Part shown: piece by piece, positions 20,921 to 26,330 of the stretch
How the letters are laid out: each line of letters opens with the position of its first letter
How positions within the stretch are numbered: the first letter of the stretch is position 1
Source of the DNA: Tilletiaria anomala UBC 951
Lineage: Eukaryota
NCBI RefSeq assembly: GCF_000711695.1
Contig: NW_013547014.1
Coordinates: forward strand, 248,001 to 274,330
Direction: 5' to 3'
DNA length: 26,330 bases
The notes under the pieces: model-generated
Databases searched by the model: none
What the model saw: the letters and a program-made list of their open reading frames with translations, nothing else
Told to the model about the DNA's origin: nothing
Position numbers and translations under genes: made by a program

Positions 20921-23866
20921 ATGAGTGGGTTATCTGGAATGGAAAGCGGCGACGGAATTGGGACAACTCGTGCCCAGCGACGCGAGTGGTCGGTGCTTGG
21001 AGTTATCCGCCCTGAAATTGAAAGCGGCGACGCAAATGGTACAACTCGTGCCCAGCGACGCGAGTGGTCAGAGCCGGCAGGTATCCACTCTGGAATTGAA
21101 AGCCGCGATGGAAATGGTACAACTCGTGCCCAGCGACGCGAGTGGTCGGTGCTTAGTGGCATCCGCCCTGAAATTGAAGGCGGCGACGCAAACGGTACAA
21201 CTCGTGCCCGTCGACACGGGTGGCTAGAGCTTGGTGGTATCCGCCCTGAAATTGAAAGCGGCGACGCAAACGGTACAACTCGTGCCCGTCGACACGGGTG
21301 GCTAGAGCTTGGTGGTATCCGCCCTGAAATTGAAGGCGGCGACGCAAACGGTACAACTCGTGCCCGTCGACACGGGTGGTTAGAGCTTGGTGATATCTGC
21401 TCTGAGCCCCAAAATATGCACAGCGCCGACAGTGTGTCCAGTGCGCAGAGCACGGTGTACTCCCACTCGCACTCCGGCCTACAGTGGAGCATCAAACATC
21501 AAGCCAGTCATATGGATCTCCGAAAGCAGTCGCAGCCGTGTCGAGAGGCGGCCTGTTCTACCAAATACGCTCCGTCGGCCGAGCCGACCGCGAGCGAAAC
21601 GAGCGCAATAGCTGCTTCAGCACCTTATGCGGCGCTGACGGAGGATCGAGAAAACCAGCACATCGTAAAGTGGAACGTGTCTGCTTCGGTTCCTGCTCCT
21701 GCTCCCGATGCAGACCCGCTCGCCGACCCGTTGAACCCGCAAGGCTGGTCCTTAGCACGACGCATGATGATCCTGGGAGTAACAGCGTCGAGTTCGCTGT
21801 GCGTCACATGCGCGTCCAGTATCGTCGCGTCGTCCTACGATAACATGGAGCGGCAGCTTAACATTAGCAAGAGAGTCGCCATTCTGGCACTCTCGCTCTA
21901 CGTCGTGGGCTTGGGGCTCGGGCCTATCTTCATTGCGCCACTATCAGAGGTGAGAAGTCGTTTCTCGAGCGATGCACCTACATTGTGCGGTGGCTGAAAG
22001 AGGGAGTTTGGGCTTTCTCAGTTCTTTGGACGTCGGCCCATTTATCTGGTTTCCTTCGGAGCTTTCTGCCTTCTAGGGTGAGTGTACCTTCAGTATGCAT
22101 GAGTCCACATCGTTGCGCCTGCTGATTCCCGCGAACACGATTCCTCGCAGGCTTCCCGTCACGTTTGCGAATAATGTGGAGGTGCTCTTCATCTTCCGCT
22201 TCATCACGGGCTTTTGCGGTTCGGCGTTCCTGAGCGTGGCCGGTGGGACAGTGACAGATCTGTATCAGCCGCACAACGTCTACCTACCCATGGCCATCTA
22301 CAGTGCTTCACCCTTTGCTGGCCCCGAGCTGGCCCCGCTGTACAGTGGTTTCGCGAATTACTTCACCAAGTCATTCCGATGGTCATTCGTGGTGATAGCA
22401 ATCTGGTCCGCGATTCAGTGGGTGCTCATTGTGAGTCAGGTCGCGAGTCGCTACTTGTGCTCGCCACGTAATCGCTGACCGCGAATGCATCACAACCTTG
22501 TCCCCCTACGCCGCACAACTCTTGCAACACAGCTGATGTTTTTGCCAGAGACGTACGCGCCAATGATCCTCACGCAGCGTGCGCGCGCGCTCCGCAAAGA
22601 GACGGGCAATGATCTCTGGCGCTCGGAGCACGAGTGCAAGAACGCCGACCGAAGCCTTTGTCAGACGCTCGCAGTCAGCGTGATGCGTGTTCCGCAGCTC
22701 CTAGTTCTCGAGCCGATGCTTCTCCTGCTCTGCCTGTGGAGCGCCCTCTTGCTCGGCATCATTTACCTGCTTTTCGGAGTGCGTTGCCTGATAAGGAAGC
22801 AGCAATCCGATCCGAGGCTGACGCCAGCTCGTGCTGGCTTGCTCCTTTTTTAACCAGGCGTATGCTGTCGTTTTCGTCGAAGGACGCGGCTTCAACGTGT
22901 GGCAGACTGGACTGGTGAGCATCGAATGCACCCGTCCCACTTACCTGTAGGCGTATACTGAATCTGATTCGCGCGAAATAGACGTTCCTCGGCATCTTTG
23001 TGGGTATGGCATTCGGGCTGGCATCCATGCCATATTGGTCCCGTCTCTACCACAAAGCATGCGAAAAGAACGGAGGCGTCGCACCTCCTGAAGCTCGTCT
23101 ACCACCGGCGATGCCTGGCGCATTCCTCACGGTCATTGGACTCTTCACGTTCTCTTTCGTCACCTCCCCGCACGTGCATTGGGTGAGTGCCGACTATGGC
23201 AGCTTGGCTTCGTCGATGCATATGTGTGCCCTGTGCTGACTGGACGGCATCGACGAACAGATCGCCCCGGTGATTGCCGGTGCGCCTTTTGGTGCCGGAC
23301 TCATCCTTGTGAGTGCTATGATCCCGAGACCTGTGCGATGCACTAGCAACTCACATCGTGCTCGGCTACAGATCTTCATCTCAGTATTCTCCTTCACGGC
23401 TGATGCATATCGACGTAAGTTGGGATAGTGAGCCTTAGTGCATGTTCCCCCATCTTGAACTGACCTCCGTGCCTCTTACACAACTTGCGCGCCCGCAGCG
23501 GTCGCGGCTTCAGCGATGGCATGCAACAGCGTCCTCCGCTCGTCCTTTGCTGCCGCCTTTCCGCTGTTTTCGACCCAGGTGAGTTGCATCGCAGACGACA
23601 GTGCTCAATATGGGTTTCGCTGATGGTGACCAAATGCATGGCCCTGTCCATTTAGATGTATCACCGCCTCGGGACCATGGGCGCCACGTGCTTGCTCGCA
23701 GGGCTGAATGTGCTAATGGTGAGCAACCCCTGTTATGTGTTGCTCGGCCGTCGCCCCTTGCTGACTGGTTACTTGGTACTCACTATGCACACAGATCCCG
23801 GTGCCATTCTTGTTTTATCGCTACGGCGCAGCCATCCGAGCTAGAAGTCGGTTCACACTCTCGTAA
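20921..23866 (+). CDS. MFS drug:H+ antiporter (DHA1-like), 11 exons; 724 aa from ATG 20921, or 559/527 aa from ATG 21416/21512
   Basis: Exons (start)-21949, 22022-22077, 22151-22430, 22533-22778, 22858-22914, 22982-23182, 23261-23308, 23372-23414, 23499-23578, 23656-23718 and 23795-23866 all splice in frame. DHA1 motifs: DPLNPQGWS, APLSEFFGRRPIY, FRFITGFCGS, GGTVTDLY, PETYAP, PEARL, DAYRPVAASAMA, AFPLF, FYRYGAAIRARSRF. The start codon is uncertain. Confidence 0.92.
20930..21397 (+). repeat. Tandem minisatellite, 78-bp unit, 6 copies (26-aa repeat if translated)
   Basis: The core ACAACTCGTGCCC recurs at 20963, 21041, 21119, 21197, 21275 and 21353, an exact 78-nt period. Copies 4-6 are nearly identical. 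Confidence 0.97.
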
Positions 23867-24140
23867 TAGACTCATTGTATGTTTTTTTACATTTATCGCA
23901 ACCTCAACACGCTAATCAGTACAGGCAGGTTGTGCATTGCGCATCGTCTTCGCGAGCGTTGCTGGCGATACCGAGGACAGATATCGTTTGATACCAGCGC
24001 ACAAACTGCCATGTCATTTTCTCTGATTTGAACATGCCGAGCTCTGCGTCTTTGCTCGATCCTTTATCGAACAAATCACAAGTAGAGAGGTGGATCGAAT
24101 ATAGTACTGCGTTCACGTGCGCAGGTCGCCTACACGCTGC

Positions 24141-26143
24141 TCAGACCTCCTTGGGCAGCGTCCAGCCGCGCGGACGATCGCTAAGGCATGCCGTCTCCCT
24201 GGCGATTCTTTTTGCGATACCCGGGACCCAGGCGAGAATGCGGAAGAGCAGGTCGCGCAGGCGCACTAGGATCGGATGGCGGAGCGACGCCATGACGGTG
24301 AGCGAGTGCGTGCCTTTGAGCACGCCAAGCCCGACTTTGCGCCGCTCATCGGCCCAAGCGCGCAGCGCACGCAGGCGCGCATCGCGGCTGGCGTCCAGGT
24401 TGCGCACGAGCGTCATGGCCAGCGACGTCGCGTCACTGTGTGAGCGGGGAAGCGCACGGCATTCGTCGTCAGATCTTTCACTTTTTATCTTCGTTTTCTT
24501 TTGTTGGCAGTGTCGCTGGGAGAGGGTGCGGTACACTCACTGGATGCCAGTGTTCAGGCCCTTGCCACCCATGGGGCTATGACAATGCGCAGCATCGCCG
24601 ATGAGGGCGATGCTGCCCGACTCAGGATCGAGGAAGTGGTGCACGATGCCGTGGTGGATGCGGAAAGTGGAGGACCAGTAGCAGTCGACGCTGCGGGGTG
24701 AGACGGGGGAGCGCGAGAGAAGTGCGCGTCAGTAACGTACGGTGGCTCTGCATGCAGCGCTTCGCGGGGAGGGGGGCTGGGGCATCTCTCACATCGTGCT
24801 CGGCTTGACGGTGCGGTCGCCTTTCCCGCCGTCGATCCACTCGGTTGGGACGGCGGGGCCCCAGTTGTCCAAGATCCACTGCAAGTGCGGGATAGTGGGA
24901 CGGTTGCCCTCGACGTGGCCGCCGCCTTCAGAGCGCTTCCCCGCTGTCTTGGGGTCGAACCCTGGCGGGCCAAAGTTGGCCGCGAGGCGGATGCGCCCGC
25001 CGGGGACGGGAACGAGGAGGAGGAAGCCGTTGGAGCTGAAGATGTTCGTTGCCTCGAGCCCGTTGAAGCCAGCCGAGGGATACTGCCATGGCCAGCGCGG
25101 GTCCGCGAGCGTCACTTCGCCCAGCAGAAGCGGACGATCCTGCAGCGGCCGGGCCAGAGGAGGAATGCGCTCAGGCGCTGGTCACCGTGGAGACAACTCA
25201 GTCAAGCAGCGCACTCACATAGCTATTGCGCGGGAACGCAAGGCCGGACAGCGCGCGCACGCTTGAATGGCCGCCGTCGGCGCCGATAACAAAGTCAGCC
25301 TGTAAGATGTGCGTACCGAGCTGGGCATGCTCTAGCGTGACGGCGACTGGCTGACCCTTGGCGAAGCTGCCGGGTGATTTCTCCAGATGGACGACGGACC
25401 AGCCGCTGCGGATGGCGTGGCGGAGGTCCGCGAGGCGCGCGCGCAAGACCGCCTCGGTGACGCGCTGCGGCACGGCGCACACCTGCCGGAACTGAGTGTC
25501 GTGCAGTGAAGCAAAGCCACCGCGCAGGACGGGCTGCACGCGCCCGTGCAACCGCATACTGGCGTGCTGAATGTGCTCGCCGCGCTCGAGGAGCTGCGGG
25601 CGCGCAGGGGACGGGCGTGGGGGTGCAATGCGGGGTAAGAAAAAGGGTTTTGTATCGCTGTGCACCGGCACCGGCGGCGGGCAGTGTTGCACTCGGATCC
25701 CTCACCGCTTGTGTCACGCTCTGCACCTTGTCGGGCACGTCGGTGATGTCCGGCAGGAGTGGCGCGCTGTCGCGGCCCCTGACGGCGGCCCGGAGGTATC
25801 TCTGGCGCTCCTCCGGCGCATCGACGACGTCGGCAAGCACTTCGAAGCTGCGCGCGTGCAGGGCGAGCGCGCGTGACTCGTTCTGCGGGACATGGTCCGG
25901 GGACGGCAGCTTGTCGATCAGCAGCAGGCTCCGTTCCGAGCGTTGCGCGGCGGGGAGGTTGTTGAGGATGGCGCAGGTAACGGTGAGGCCGACGCTGCGA
26001 GACAGGAAGATGGGCAGGGCACGTGTCTAGCGCATCAGCAGGCAACCAATCCGCAGCGTCCAACGGAACATGCACGATCTGTCGACTACTCACGGACCGG
26101 CTCCTACGACGAGAAAGTCGACACGGTCAGGGAGCGGCGACAT
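24141..26143 (-). CDS. FAD-dependent monooxygenase (group A aromatic hydroxylase, FAD_binding_3-like), 6 exons, ~501 aa
   Basis: Exons 26143-26094, 25994-25706, 25593-25219, 25139-24793, 24690-24541 and 24435-24141 total 1506 nt in frame. All three fingerprints are present: LVVGAGPVGL (GxGxxG), VIGADGGHSSVR (DG) and LIGDAAHCHSPMGGKGLNTGIHDA (GD). SRALALHARSFE is also typical. Confidence 0.92.
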
Positions 26144-26293
26144 GGCTACAGCGGTCGACGGACGGAGTGTGGGGTGCGGAAGCTTCTGTCCCGCGCTCTG
26201 CACCTCGTACCTGCTCTACGTTGTCAAAGCCCGTCGATGGGAAGCGGGTGGATCTTTCTGTGGCTGGAAGAGGGAACGGCGATCTTTGGCTAG

Positions 26294-26304
26294 TTTTATA
26301 TATA
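26294..26304 (-). promoter_or_regulatory. TATA box (TATATATAAAA) of the monooxygenase gene
   Basis: Canonical TATA sequence on the minus strand about 150 nt upstream of the ATG at 26143, in otherwise GC-rich context. Confidence 0.55.
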
Positions 26305-26330
26305 CATAAAATACAGAGCAGCGAGGTCCC

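Noticed and set aside
20930..21397. Repeat array as a CRISPR array or a Kex2-processed/RiPP precursor
   Set aside because: Units are contiguous with no unique spacers and the DNA is eukaryotic. There is no signal peptide, no KR sites and no DUF3328-like gene in the window, and the frame runs into the transporter.
20884..21495. 203-aa antisense repeat ORF over the minisatellite
   Set aside because: Expected by-product of a stop-free 78-bp repeat, with no independent evidence of coding.

Overview
Eukaryotic, intron-rich fungal DNA. GT-AG introns of about 65-170 nt with CTRAY-like branch points and the protein sequences suggest a basidiomycete, possibly Ustilaginomycotina (inference). I reconstructed seven genes by hand, six of them spliced: cyclin C/SSN8 (+), an intronless forkhead transcription factor (-), an MFS sugar/polyol porter (-), a cyanase (-), a 94-aa small protein (-), a DHA1-type MFS transporter (+) and an FAD-dependent monooxygenase (-). 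About 8 kb (4330-12400) has no recognisable gene and holds apparently decayed sequence. Three things stand out. (1) The cyanase has an in-frame TGA at codon 66 but intact splice sites and catalytic residues. (2) A six-copy 78-bp minisatellite with higher-order structure is in frame with the N-terminus of the DHA1 transporter. (3) Cyanase, small protein, exporter and monooxygenase are neighbours and may form a detoxification locus. No rRNA, tRNA, CRISPR array or recognisable intact transposon was found. All calls come from reading the sequence, with no database search.
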